A DNA stretch of 64,000 nt from NCBI GenBank assembly GCA_001687465.1, contig LVLI01000154.1, positions 1-64,000 on the forward strand, in the 5' to 3' direction. The notes under the pieces were generated by a model. That model was given only the letters and a program-made list of their open reading frames with translations. It was not told where the DNA came from and ran no database searches. Origin of the DNA: Halocafeteria seosinensis. Lineage: Eukaryota. The translations under genes were made by a program, and so were the position numbers. This document shows positions 1-12,202 of the stretch, one piece after another (within the stretch, counting starts at the first letter, position 1; the number at the start of each line of letters is the position of its first letter).

Positions 1-147
1 TCATGGAAGTTGACGATTGAGCCAACACAGGCTATATAATGGTATTATACAGCCTCGTTGGTTTGTCGAAACCGTGGACCCTTGTCTACTAATGCTTTAA
101 TGAACTTGTATGTACTTCTTTGTTTACCTTGCCATCAATTCGCCACA

Positions 148-633
148 ATGGAGTCTAAGGGATCATGTCGTTGCGGTAGAGTGAAATTCACTGTGCAATT
201 AACTGGACCAGCTCCTTTTATGGTATGCAATTGCTCGAGATGTGTGAAATGTCAGGGACCATGGAACCCTAATCTACTCGGGGATACACGCTCGTTTAGA
301 CTGGTGGAAGGCCCCGAGTTTGTAAAGACGTATCAAGCACGGGAGGAGGATGGAAGTCTGTCCAATCATGAGCGGAAGTTCTGTTCTGAGTGTGGAAGCC
401 ATTTATGGGCTTTCGATTCGCGTTGGCCTGATGTTATTCACCCTGTGGCAAGCGCTATTGATACAGAGCTCCCAGTGCCTCCTTGTTATCGGCATATAAT
501 GATGGGAGACAAAAAAACGTGGATCCCTGCTTCAGCTGAACAAATGAAAATTGAACAGGCTTTCGAACGCTATCCGGACAAGTCTCTTGAACAGTGGCAT
601 AAGGAGAAAGGCATGTACCACCCGACAAAGTGA
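148..633 (+). CDS. GFA/CENP-V (Mss4-like) zinc-binding protein
   Basis: GSCRCGRVKF, CNCSRCVK and RKFCSECGSHLW are the three Cys motifs of the GFA family, followed by HI...KxxW. ATG at 148 is preferred over the TTG start at 58. Confidence 0.9.
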   Translation: MESKGSCRCGRVKFTVQLTGPAPFMVCNCSRCVKCQGPWNPNLLGDTRSFRLVEGPEFVKTYQAREEDGSLSNHERKFCSECGSHLWAFDSRWPDVIHPVASAIDTELPVPPCYRHIMMGDKKTWIPASAEQMKIEQAFERYPDKSLEQWHKEKGMYHPTK

Positions 634-771
634 AAGCAGCTCTTGACGGAAGGTATGAATAAAGGAAGACGGCTACGAGATGAAATATGCCCAGCCACCG
701 TACTGCGCTGTTTCTTGCGGTACGTGGAGATGCTGTAGCAGAAGCAGATTATTGAAACTACTGCGACTCGT

Positions 772-3546
772 CTATTCAGAAGAAGAAATATACAATCGAC
801 GCGGTAATCTATCTTTGAGAAAGTCCGTAATCCTATGCTCTCCTTTTGCGCGCTCCCATTCGAAGGTGTACACCACAGGCACAGTCCAGCCGTTCCTTTC
901 AAGTAAGCGAACAGAATGCTCATGCTGAGGACGCAAAAATCGGGTGTCTAAGCGTCGTACATGCCATGGCCTGAGAGAGGCACACAGCTGATCAGTATTC
1001 CAAGAGGTGAGACTTACAGAGGCTTGGCCACATCGCATTCCTCGGGCTAGCACGTATGGTCTGGTAGCCACAGAAGAAGTTGGTGCCAGGTGCTCGCAAC
1101 CGAATACCAATAGGGCGACACGGCTCTCTTGCCAAACGACGTCTACCCGTGAGAGAGGAAACGCTGCACATTCCAGTTCAGGCTCGAGGATCACCATGTC
1201 TCGGTGTCGTTTGGTAAGTTCTTCAGTGAAATCCTGCAACAGCAGGGCAGTCTGTTTTTGGTGATACTGAATCGTGGAGAGAGTGCCCAGCGAATCCTCA
1301 AAGTTTCCGGCAGCATCTGTCTTGTGAAAATGTAAAGGCTGAAAATATTTATTCACAACTGAGTTCAGCATACCACTTCCAGAATTTACTCCCAGGGACT
1401 GCGCACTATCTGACGAAGCAGGAGAGTATGAAAACTCCATCTCCGGGCTGGAATAGTTCTGCGAATCCTCCTTCAGAAGACTGCTAAGAGACGATACCGG
1501 AGATAGAAGGAGACGACTCAGTGACTGCCAAATATTTTGACCTGACACATGTTTTTGCTCACCCGAATGTGATGGTGAGAGGCTTTCGAGATTGTCTTCC
1601 TCCAGTGGGCAAGTATTTGGAACTACTCTCCTAGCCAACTCGCTCCTGAGTTCGGGAGAGATCCAAGAAGACGATAGCTCTGGCCATGGGCTGAGAAGCT
1701 CAACGCTTTGAACCACTTCCCAAAGCTGATCGAACGTGCTCTCTGAGAAGAGGAAACTGCCCGGGACCTCCATTTCACTGTCATTTTCGGGAGACGCTTT
1801 CCCATACAACGTATAGAGGATCGAGAGCAGTCGCAGCCCATGTTGAAACAGCCCATAGTTACACCAAAACTCTGACACACTGTAAGCCCATAGGACTTGG
1901 GTTACCTCTCGTGGAGAGAGTACGGTCCGCACAAAGGAAGGGGGAAACCAAAGTCTTGTCAATCCAATGTCGTTGGACGAGATATTCCATTCATATTCAA
2001 CTCCTACAGGCTTCTCCAGGATCGGCTGTATCCGGGCTCTAGTGTCCTGAGGTAGGTGATTCAAGTACCGCTGAGCAGAACCTTTCAATGCGCCCACCAA
2101 CCGAACAGAAGCGAGCTCTAGAAATTGATTCGCAGGGATTCCCTGGTTTGCAAGCGCCGTTATTGTATTGATTACAGTTTTCAGCTCTAATACGGATCCG
2201 TTAAGACTACCTCGTTTCCGCAACGTATTGTCGTCACCTGCGCCGACCTTCAGATATTTACTAGCCTCGACCAGGAGGTTTGGAGCAGGTTCTCCGGCAA
2301 TCGTATATAGCTGAATAATAGTGGCGGCCCCTTGTGATGTAGGATATTTCCTGCGAGTGGTCTGTGAGTTAGGTAGATGTTCTCGGAAGACCTGGCTGGC
2401 GACAAAGAAAAATTTCGGCGCCAACACGCCTGACCTGGCCACACAGTCAGCTACAGTTAGAAGCTCATTGATACCCATTGCACTTCTTTCTATGCGATGG
2501 ATGCATTCGTCGGCCAGATGTTTTGCCACTTCCTGCTCAGATGACGAGACTTCCTGTGAAGGCTTGGAGATCGTGTCTCCAATAATAGCCAACTGCCGTC
2601 CAGTGAAGTTCGATAGTCCTGCTATGACGCTCTCCTGTACCATTTGCCGGCTGGTAACCAGTCCGTTCTTGTTTGAAACGTCATCTAGGTGCAGCTTTTC
2701 CAAACTAGTGAATAACGAAAGAAGAGATGAGCCATCGCTCAGAAGCTTCAGTCTCTGAGCAGAATGAGTATCCCCAGAGACCAAAGGCGCAATTTTCCCC
2801 AGGCAAAATTCTGCGGCAGCCAAATGTGGAGGACTGTCGACGAAGACTGACAACATCGTCACCATGTCCTCGGGCTCCCACTGTTGAATTTTCGACTCTG
2901 GGTATTTACCCATCACCACTCCCGCCATGCTATCCCAAAATCGTTGATAGGTGTTGAAATCTGCTCGGGAGGCCTGCTTGAAGGATCGGGCCAACCCTGA
3001 CAGATACCTTGGCGTCAACAGATGGAGTTGGGCTCGGTAGTTCGGTTCTAAGTCCAGAAGTCGCTTGATTTCGGGGAAGCGATGAGATTTTCGACCTGTT
3101 GCGTTATCGAGATGCTGAAGTAACCCTGCCCAAACGTGTACAGGAACCATGTCTTGCTCACGGTGAGCTTTGCTGGTGACGGCCTCCACGGCATCACGAA
3201 CACATTGCACAAAGTCCGAATCTTGCGCCAATCGTTTGAGCATCGCATTGGAGCACGTTTTCACTAAATGTGAAAAGAGGAACCTGTAATTTCGGACCTC
3301 AAAATCGTGTTTATACTGTAAATAGACCTGTTTCGCATCCTTCCAGTTCCGTGTGTTGGCGAGGTTTTGACCAATATTCGCTCTCTCTCCTCCATGGAAC
3401 CACCGCCACGTTATACATATGCGTCGATGCGGGTGAGACACCCCTGTGAGAACCCGTGAACAATGACTGCATAATGAATATAATGGACTTGCTTTCCTCG
3501 CCCGTACGGCCAATGGTGCACCCAAGTGTAGCCATCTGTGGCTCAT
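772..3546 (-). CDS. Organelle-targeted helical-repeat RNA-binding protein with C-terminal RAP domain (FASTK/OPR-like), 924 aa, intronless
   Basis: Arg-rich, acid-free N-terminus like a presequence; helical repeats (SPREVTQVLWAYSV); C-terminal VDVVW...VALLVFG.EH...RLLERNGWTVPVVYTFEW matches the RAP pattern. Confidence 0.75.
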   Translation of the reverse strand: MSHRWLHLGAPLAVRARKASPLYSLCSHCSRVLTGVSHPHRRICITWRWFHGGERANIGQNLANTRNWKDAKQVYLQYKHDFEVRNYRFLFSHLVKTCSNAMLKRLAQDSDFVQCVRDAVEAVTSKAHREQDMVPVHVWAGLLQHLDNATGRKSHRFPEIKRLLDLEPNYRAQLHLLTPRYLSGLARSFKQASRADFNTYQRFWDSMAGVVMGKYPESKIQQWEPEDMVTMLSVFVDSPPHLAAAEFCLGKIAPLVSGDTHSAQRLKLLSDGSSLLSLFTSLEKLHLDDVSNKNGLVTSRQMVQESVIAGLSNFTGRQLAIIGDTISKPSQEVSSSEQEVAKHLADECIHRIERSAMGINELLTVADCVARSGVLAPKFFFVASQVFREHLPNSQTTRRKYPTSQGAATIIQLYTIAGEPAPNLLVEASKYLKVGAGDDNTLRKRGSLNGSVLELKTVINTITALANQGIPANQFLELASVRLVGALKGSAQRYLNHLPQDTRARIQPILEKPVGVEYEWNISSNDIGLTRLWFPPSFVRTVLSPREVTQVLWAYSVSEFWCNYGLFQHGLRLLSILYTLYGKASPENDSEMEVPGSFLFSESTFDQLWEVVQSVELLSPWPELSSSWISPELRSELARRVVPNTCPLEEDNLESLSPSHSGEQKHVSGQNIWQSLSRLLLSPVSSLSSLLKEDSQNYSSPEMEFSYSPASSDSAQSLGVNSGSGMLNSVVNKYFQPLHFHKTDAAGNFEDSLGTLSTIQYHQKQTALLLQDFTEELTKRHRDMVILEPELECAAFPLSRVDVVWQESRVALLVFGCEHLAPTSSVATRPYVLARGMRCGQASVSLTSWNTDQLCASLRPWHVRRLDTRFLRPQHEHSVRLLERNGWTVPVVYTFEWERAKGEHRITDFLKDRLPRRLYISSSE

Positions 3547-3817
3547 TGTAGGTGCTCCCTACTACCTGTTCATCCGCTTTTCGGCATGCTATAATACCAA
3601 AAGAACACATAGGAACGTCTATATCAACATGAGACACACTGTATAGAGTGACTATTAGAGTCAATTTGACCTTCACAACACGGGGGATTTTCTTCCTTCA
3701 TGTCTTCATAACACGGCGACTACCACCCATATCTTCGATTTGTTGGCATAAATACATTGTGTGTGATTGTTTTTAGAAAAGGGAGAAGAAGAAGAAGAAA
3801 AAAAAAAAAAATTCACC

Positions 3818-4217
3818 ATGGAGCAATATGAGCCGCCACCACCCTACGTGCATTCGCCTCAAGAAACTAGTTTGACGGTAGAATGGGACCAAGTAGCCGG
3901 GTAAGTGCATGATGTGGTCTTTGACAACACACGAGGCGACCACTAGGTTTGGTGTGGTAGACCGCAGGGCGACGGAATACAAGCTGATCTACAGAGCCTT
4001 CTCGGATTCGTGGGAGAACGCGACAGAATTAGTCTTCGATGGAAAGGAGACATCCACTATTGTCTCAGGGTTAATGCCGACAAATACGTACCAATTCAAA
4101 CTCGTTGCCAAGCAGGACGACGTGGAAAGTAAACCAAGCGAAGTGGTCAGTGGAGATACCTTAGCAGCCGATTGCTCTGGAAGCGGAGGCAAGAAAAAGA
4201 AATGTATTGTGCAATGA
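3818..4217 (+). CDS. Single fibronectin type III domain protein with polybasic CaaX tail; exons 3818-3900 and 3968-4217
   Basis: Intron gtaagt...cgcag (3901-3967) joins PPPYVHSPQETSLTVEWDQV to YKLIY...VSGLMPTNTYQFKLVA, an FN3 signature. The protein ends KKKKCIVQ*. Confidence 0.85.
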
Positions 4218-4581
4218 ATGAACACAAGGCAAGAAGAGCAACGGGAACGAGTGTGTTGTGGTAATGTGATTTGGAAAGCATAGCAAAGAAACGGGTATCG
4301 TCTGTATTCTATTCATTTCGGATTAGACGCTTTTACTTTATACGAAAGCGGGATCGAACATCTATTGCGTTTGCGTGCTACACATCATCAAAGGGGCAAG
4401 AATAGCTCATGTCGTCTCTACGGACTCGGTATTTCCTTGTAACAGTAAGAAAAGACCTTTCCTTGGACGAAATAGCGAATATCATACCCTTATTCCCTCC
4501 TATCTCTTCCTTACCTCCTGTTCACTCAGCAAGGAAGAAGTAGCATGAAATCGAACCAGATGATATGACCATCTATTTCCA

Positions 4582-7415
4582 CTACTTCTTATGAAGCGTA
4601 CTCTCCGGACGAGCCAGGTACTTATTGTATTTCTTCAAGGGTGCGGGTAATAACTGAAGCTGCCGGCACGCTAGCAGTGCCTTTCTCCGGCTATTTGGAC
4701 TCTTCTTCAGCGCGAGTAAATCGGTAATGGCTTGCTTCCATGACCCTGGATGGCCATCTTTATCCTCAATCCTATATTCAGTTTTCTCACTCGGAATCTT
4801 CAAGACCCATGATCCTTTGGACTTGCCGTACGACAGCTCCATATCATCCTTGAATGGAATTTCTCCTTTCTTTATATTATTTTCGGGATCGAAATATTCT
4901 AGCGAAGGTTTGTTCGTCAACACAAGGTCTCGTGTATGAGGAATTCCGGCAATGTGTCTTTTCTTCTTGACACGGCCCCACATTACAACACCCCTGCGAA
5001 CACGACCACTTGACATTGTAGGCAACGATCCTGAACGAGGGGCTTGAATGTAGTCACGATCCCGATTTTCGTTCCCTTTTGGCGTAGCATACTCCTCTCC
5101 TCCATCGCGGGGATCATCTAAATCTAAGATACTCGCCCAATAGAGCTTGCTATAGTCACCAGAAGAGTGGATGGGATACGGAAGAGCCTGCGAGTTCTCG
5201 GCTGGTTGCTCTTCGCTATCTTCTGGTATGCTTGGTAGCAAATCAGCCGTCTCCGGTGGAAGACGCTCCAAAACGGAGCTCAAACTTAGAAATGGCTGAC
5301 CATGGAGTTGGTCATCACTGATGTTGCCTACTTCCGCAAACACCTCCGGTTGGGAAGCCAACCCAGATTTCTGCGAAGATTGCCTTTCTACTTCTGTGGT
5401 ATCCGGTTTGGGGTAGTAGTCCTCAGTGAGTTGCAACTGCAAATTCTTTGGGGTATTGGGAGTCTCCGACCTCGATTCTTGGAACTCATCAAACTCTAGT
5501 TCCCACGAAAGTTGTTCACTATCCACAGGCTCGGGTAGTTCTTCCGTGTCGGGAACATAAGGAGGGTCGTATACAGAGGCGTACGGGCGAATGGCACTGA
5601 TAGACCGCGGGGTTGCATCGTTAGGACTCGCCTCTCCATTGTATTGCCGGCTGTTCGAGCGATCGAGCTCAGTTAATTTTCTCTTACGCTCAGCATACAC
5701 CTGCCGTTCCTTCAAAGCTGCAAAATCGAAGCCCTCAAAGAATGGATGATTCTTCAAATGTTCATACGAATATTGCTCCTGCGTAACACCGAACCGTAAT
5801 AAACCGAACATGTTCCTTTTAGCTTTTTGACAATTACTTACTCGGTATTCTGAACTCATAAACTTGCTCCAACAAGAACAGTCACTCCCGGCCCCTAGAC
5901 GCTCTTCGGGCTCTTTCCGTGTGAGCCTTTCAATAAGGTCTTTCGCCGTTTCAGGAATCCACTCAGGATATTCTATTTTCAAACGTCCTTCCGCGTAGTC
6001 AGTTACGTTTTGCAATGTCTGATATTCAGCACCACCCCGAAGCATCGGTTTTCCAACTAACATTTGATACAGAATACAGCCCAACGCCCACAAATCCGCG
6101 GGCATGTGCACAACTTCGTCGGCCACCATCTCCGGTGAGACATACTCGGCAGTACCACAAAACGAATCGTCTTGTTTCTCTGCACCTTCGTCCTTTGCAG
6201 AACCAAAATCTGCCAATTTCAGGTGGCCATGCTCTGTCAGTAGTACATTCTCAGGCTTTAGATCACGATGCACTACTTTCAACTTCGTGTGAAGATATTC
6301 TAGAGCAGCCACTAGTTCAGCCATATAGAACCTGGTAACCTGCGCAAAGCCAATCCCCAAAAATAAATCCCCAAAATCACTGCAGTCAAGTGAGTTGACG
6401 GTAGAGTTGCTTACATCTAATGGACATGCTTGATTCTCCTCTCCCCGCCGTCTAGCTTCTTCCCGAAAATGTCTAATGACACCGAGAAGGTCACCACCTC
6501 GGCATAGATCCATTATAAAATATAGGCTTCCCTTATCTTGAAAAGTATACCTTAACCGGACGATATTTGGGTGTTGGACTCTGGACATGACATTTCGTTC
6601 CATCATGACGAACTTTTCCTGCTCAATCAAGACACAGGGAACTCACTCTTATAATACAGGCAAGGCATTACAGTCAGTCTCACCTTTTTCTCCTTTACAA
6701 TAAATCGACGATCCATGACTTTGCATGCGTAGTCAGTGTGTGTGTTGCGATCTCGGCAGTGCACTACTTGAGCGTAAGCGCCGACGCCCAGTTCTTTGCC
6801 GTACAGGAAGTCAACTCTTCGTTTTGGCTTTACTTTCTTCTTCGAAGAACTATCCCCATTACTGTTATTGCGCGAAGAATCTGACCCTTCCTTATGCCGA
6901 TCCGAACTAATTGACCTTCCCTGTGTAGTATCTGCAGATCCATCAGCAGCATCAGCCGCGGCATTCTGCACAGCTCTCGCGCGTAAGGATTCCCTCCCGA
7001 CACTCGGAGCGCTGGTCGAAATATTGAACGGATGTTCTGCTTCTGTCGTTCCATTCCCCGTGTGTCCTGCAGCACTCGTCGTGCAACTAGAATTCACTAC
7101 TTCGGGTATACTGGCAACAGAAAAGGGGGGAGTGGGCGCAGTTGAAGCGGTTTCCACGGCTCCATTTCGTGTCTCACCCTCACCGGCAACCGTATCTACG
7201 GATACCTGAGCAAAGCGGGAATGTAGACTGGACATACTTTCTTCTTCTGCCGTTGTACTGGCATCAGTGGGCGCACAATCCGCGGATTCTTCCTTGGAAG
7301 CTGAGACAGCTTTCTGCTCTGGCTCTGTGGAGATGTCATCCTGTTCCCCAGGATGCTGCTGCCGCTGCTGATGAAGATGTCCTTCGTCAGAAGCTTGTTC
7401 AGCACGAGCTTCCAT
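4582..7415 (-). CDS. PDK1: 3-phosphoinositide-dependent protein kinase 1 (AGC kinase + C-terminal PH domain)
   Basis: LGVGAYAQV, YACKVMDRRFIVKEKK, HRDLKPEN, DFGSAK, SFCGTAEYVSPE; PH domain LVLTNKPSLEYFDP..KGEIP. Introns at 6619-6683, 6340-6414 and 5779-5841. Confidence 0.93.
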
Positions 7416-8106
7416 CTAAATAAGAGGGCAAAAACCTTAATGAAATGCTGTGGTAGGGTCTAAAATGGCTTCAAAAGGAGATCCGTTTATCTTTCTTTGT
7501 CTCCGAGTTTAGCCGCGTAGGGCGGCTTTCTTCTCTTCTCTACTTGAATAACGCGGATATAAAGGATACCAAGGGACAAATACATGCATAAAATACAATA
7601 GTGGAAGCACAGACGTACAAACAAGGCGCAACCACGCATACAATCCCTCGAATGGCTGGCTCCTTCAGTAACCGAACAAACAATTCGCTCGGGGATCAAG
7701 AGTCCCGTAGGTTTACCTCTCGGAAGTCCGGACTCTCGGACGGATATTTCCGCCTCTACCAAGCATTCGTACACGGGAACGTAGTAGCAGAGTTCAGAGG
7801 CGTGGGATGTCGCGATGCTTCGCTTTCGAATGAGTCGACACTGCGAGTATATTCTCTTGACTCACCCACGCGGGAGAAGAGTAGGAGGGTCACCCTCAGC
7901 ACAGCACCACGAGAATTCAGGAGGATAGAATTAGCATTTGAGGATCCCTCTTAACAGGTTTAGTTTAGTTCTAAAAAGTATTCAATCATTAAGTGAGAAA
8001 CTCATCGCGAGCGGTGGGTAAGGGCTATTGGAGAATCCGCATGGGGCTACGTGCGTCCTCAAAGTACAGTCACATGGAGTACCGGAAAGAGCTATTCCAG
8101 CCACCC

Positions 8107-8612
8107 CTAATAACTACAATTGGGGAAAACGACACCGCTGCACATATTTTCGCAGTCTTCCCCACTGCGAATACTTCGACATTTCTCCTCGGCGTCACAG
8201 TGGCAGCAGCAGAACTCAGACACTTCGGCTGAAACTTCTTTGTTCCCTTCTTGAAACGGCCCACTATTACCAGAGCTTGCACCTTCATCTGCCCGGCGTA
8301 CCCATCCTGGGTCATAGCAATAGTCTTTCACTCCACCGCCTCCGCAGTTAGGGTACTCTTGGAGACAATCCCCAGGACATAAGGTGCACTCCTTAACTCG
8401 AAAGCTGGTGGATTCGTGAGTCGCGGCACAAGTACATGAGCATACATGTTTCACTGCAAATCCACCGCATCAATAATTAATAATTGAATAAAGTCCTAAT
8501 ACCCATACCAAGATATGCATTATACACTATTTCATCGTTACTTACGATCTGCATGGACGAACTGGATGGCAAAGGCCAAGACCGCGAAAGCAGTGACAGT
8601 GTAAAGTTTCAT
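8107..8612 (-). CDS. Small secreted cysteine-rich protein, 137 aa, two 8-Cys modules
   Basis: Exon 1 (8612-8546) encodes signal peptide MKLYTVTAFAVLAFAIQFVHA-D; intron gtaagt...gcag 8545-8454; exon 2 encodes two 8-Cys modules, each with a (Y/F)PNC motif. Confidence 0.85.
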
Positions 8613-9479
8613 CTTCCTCCAATGGGTAGTTGTCTGTAATAGCGGCAGGGAGCATACACGTGCCTCGGGTTTAGGACATACTATGCGTCGGCGGTTATTC
8701 TAACCTTCTTGTTCGTTGCACCGAAAGTGTAAATCGACGTTGGAAGTACGCTTCTATGTAAATGTTCCAAGGCAAAGCCGTGTGTCAATACAGCACTATC
8801 TTTCTTAACAATGTATTGTGAATAATTCAATTCCCGGTGAATGGTGATTCTGCCAAGTGGGGATAATGCACTGTGAAAATCCTAGGGTGTCCGGCTACAA
8901 TTGTTTAGCCGCCAAATTTAACGCATCGCGCAGGTACTGCCCAAGCTGAAGAAATTCCGAAGAATTCTCCGGGACCCCAACAATCGTTTTCGTCAAAGAG
9001 AGTTCGTCACAACTGTTCATGACAACGTCAGTTTATCACTGTTTGGGGCGACGTGTCACTAGGATGGTCATGTCCAGCGCCAGAGAAGCGCTTCGCGAGT
9101 ATAGTAAAGTACAGCTAAATCAGCTGTCGACTTCTCGAAGGTGGGCAAGTTCCTGATGTGGGACATGAAAAGACAATTTCTACCTGTATTCAGGCTCGTC
9201 TTCCATACTCGAAAACGTCGATAACGACGCAGGATCAGAAGAACGCGAAGATAAAGAAAGATCCGCTATTGAACAAGAGAGCAAAAGACGATGAGCAATT
9301 GCCCGTCCTCACAAAAAATATACGAGTCCTACCGCTAGTCGGTATCTGCCCCGTCCAGTAAGAACATACACAGAGAAAGCAATAACTAAACCAAGCAGTG
9401 ACAAGAAAAGAGGCGATTCGTGGACGACCCGTTCTTAACAGTCAAGCAAAGTTACTGGATAAGCATTTCCGATCTATCC

Positions 9480-10031
9480 CTAATTGCTGCAATTGGGGAA
9501 CACAACATCGTTGCACATGTTGTTACAGTCTGTCTGAACGTGGACGCTTTTGTAGTTCTCGGTATCACAGTGCCAACAGCAGAGCTCAGGCCCTTGGCTG
9601 GAAACGCTCTCCTCCCCCTCCCGCGAGACATCGCTGTTCCTTTGCTGAAATAACTGAGTGGCACTGGAGCTTGCGTCTTCGTCTGCTTGGAATCCTGGCC
9701 CCGGATAATAGCAATAGGTCTTTGTCCCCGCAATTAGGGTACCGTTTGGTGGCAATCGCCGAGCCACGAACGGCATTTTTTGATCCGAAAGCTAATGGAT
9801 TTATGCTCGTCAGGGCAACTGTATGAGCATATATGGTTCACTGCAGGAGATTCACCTTATCAACGAATAAATGTATGCGGTCAACTCCCCGGCCGGTGGG
9901 CTATCTGTCACATATGTGTGTGTGTGTAATGTACCACCACAGAAGGCTCATGAACTTGTTCTTGCTTCTGCCTGAACGGACCAGATTACGCATGCCAAGA
10001 CCGCGAACGCAGTGGCAGTGTAAGACTTCAT
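9480..10031 (-). pseudogene. Pseudogenised tandem paralog of the secreted Cys-rich gene
   Basis: MKSYTATAFAVLACVIWSVQAE resembles the copy-1 signal peptide; same cag|TG acceptor and same VVFPNCS end. The GT donor is lost, two frameshifts lie near 9720-9750, and several Cys are changed to Tyr/Trp. Confidence 0.8.
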
Positions 10032-12202
10032 CTTCTCCTTTCTGCAATGGTCACGTGGAACTCAGGTGCTTTAGGGGTGCGTGTTTATAGAGCACATTCT
10101 ATGTACTCTCAGCTGAAAAATGTTCCAGCAAACTTGTAACAGAAGTCGAGCTTCTAGAAGGAAAGCGATCGTTCATCAACACATAACCTTCAAGTACAAA
10201 TAGTTGCCACTGGCCAAGTTACCAGACAATGTCGATAATGAGCAGATTCTGTAATTGCATGCCGCTTGGAAGATTCAAGTTGAAGTTCATGGCTCGGCAG
10301 AGGTCGCAGGGCCTATGTTGCTCTTGTCAGGCATAACCTAGTCCTTCCTTCCTGAGAGAGTAGGTGACCCCGTAGCCTACTAGGTCTCGAACCCTACTAG
10401 TCAATGTAGGTGTATAGTGGGGCGTGTGCACGTAGAGAAGGTCACCAGACTCATTGGATTGTTGAGAGTTTGTAGTCTCCCCAGGAAGTCGCAAGCGCCT
10501 GTATTCCCTTGATTTTGATCTCTACAAAGCATCACAGGGGCCATCAACAGCGCGCTATAACACTGAGAAGGGGTGGTAACCTATGTAACGTTGAGAATGG
10601 GTCATGGGTGCTCCGCGGTGCTGTACTGGGATAGGTAGCATGAAAAGACCGGGTGCTTTCTTTCTTCATTACTCAGAATTTGGACGATTATTTATGTCTC
10701 AGTGTCTTCCGCATACATTTTATTTTAATGGAGAGATGACACTAGCTACTCGGTAGCGAGTATGAGCCCATTAACGAGGGGAAATGCGTGGGATCTGGTG
10801 GGCTCAAGGGACTGATGTTATCGACCGAGTATTGGTGGAGCTTGCATGTTTCAATGGTGACTAGAACATAGGGGAAAATGCAGAGTCTATGTGCATGCAC
10901 CATATACTGCGGGGCAAAGAATGGGCGATGTCAAGGTCAGAGAACGGCAGACCCGGGAAAGTTGGCTCCCGTGGCTGCCAGACTCTTGATATCGTACCTC
11001 CACCGCTATTCTTGGGGTGCATGCAGGTATGTTCGGTGTCAGCAATAACCGTTTCATTCACTGGTGTGTTTGAATGGAAGACACATACGCGGAGAGGGCG
11101 AGTCCGGCTGAAAGGCGAAGCGAGAAGGGCAAAGGGTTTGGCCGTACACTTAGCCTCCTTTCTGCGACTTTTTCGATATGGAATGGTATTATTTGTCCCC
11201 GCTAGCATTCCAGTTTACATTTTGCGTATGTCATACAGTTTGTAAACCCGTGAATTTTGTTGGGAAGGAAGGTTGGAACCACCTGCTGCAAGGGGAAAGT
11301 TGCAAATCTGATAAACGAAACAGATATCGGATGTATCGCATTGCGTTACCTCATTTGTCAATTTGTTATGTCAGCGTGAACAATGCATGTAAGCTGACTT
11401 ATTGTATTTGCGCTCTAAAATACTGACACAGTGCCACTTTACTCTCCTCGGCCTAACTCTCCGGGGTCCGCCCGCCGCAGCTGAATTAGTGTCCATTACT
11501 TGGGTTGTTCCAAGTCTCATTCACGCAGTTAGAATACATAAGCACTTGGTGTTGATACACCCAAATCAAACGAAACAAGGACTTTTTTCTTTTTTTCTTT
11601 CTCGTACATATCGGCATTTTCCTGGTGGGATTGTATTATCCTGCCTGGTATTTAACCCCAAGAAGGTAGGCTTTTGGCCAAGTTTTTGGCTGCCCCCTTT
11701 CAAAAAAGGGGAAAAAAAGTGATAAGAGGCCAACTTTGAAGGGCTTTTCTGAGTCTATCGACGCCTTTCAGGAGGGATATCCAAAGGAAATAGGTTGATT
11801 ATTGTATGATTTAGTGTACAGTACGCCGTTTTGGCTGAACTCATCGTTTATATCTGTCAAATTTGGCCCAGATCCATTGCTCTTGAGGGACCTGTGCAGG
11901 AGAAAACCTCAAGGACCAGGAAAGCCCAGGAATTCGGCCGGAAACCAAAAGTATCCAGGAAGGATATCCGCCAACGCGCAGCTATCGTACAGAGAATAAC
12001 ATAAGGGTTGCTTATTATTAAAGAGTAAGGATCCGCCCTAGCAGCCAGGCTGTTGTAATCTTGATGCAAAGAATGCCTTTGAGCCTGGTGCAGCTGGACT
12101 GGAACTGGTTGTTTGCCATTACTTGATTGTGGAGTGTACGGATATCCCCGTGCTCCTATTGCCTACTCGTAGCTCAACAACTAAGCTAGAAAGCGGAAGG
12201 CT

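Noticed and set aside
9948..9950. In-frame TGA after the signal peptide of Cys-rich copy 2 as selenocysteine
   Set aside because: It lies in what is intron in copy 1, and the copy has other disablements.
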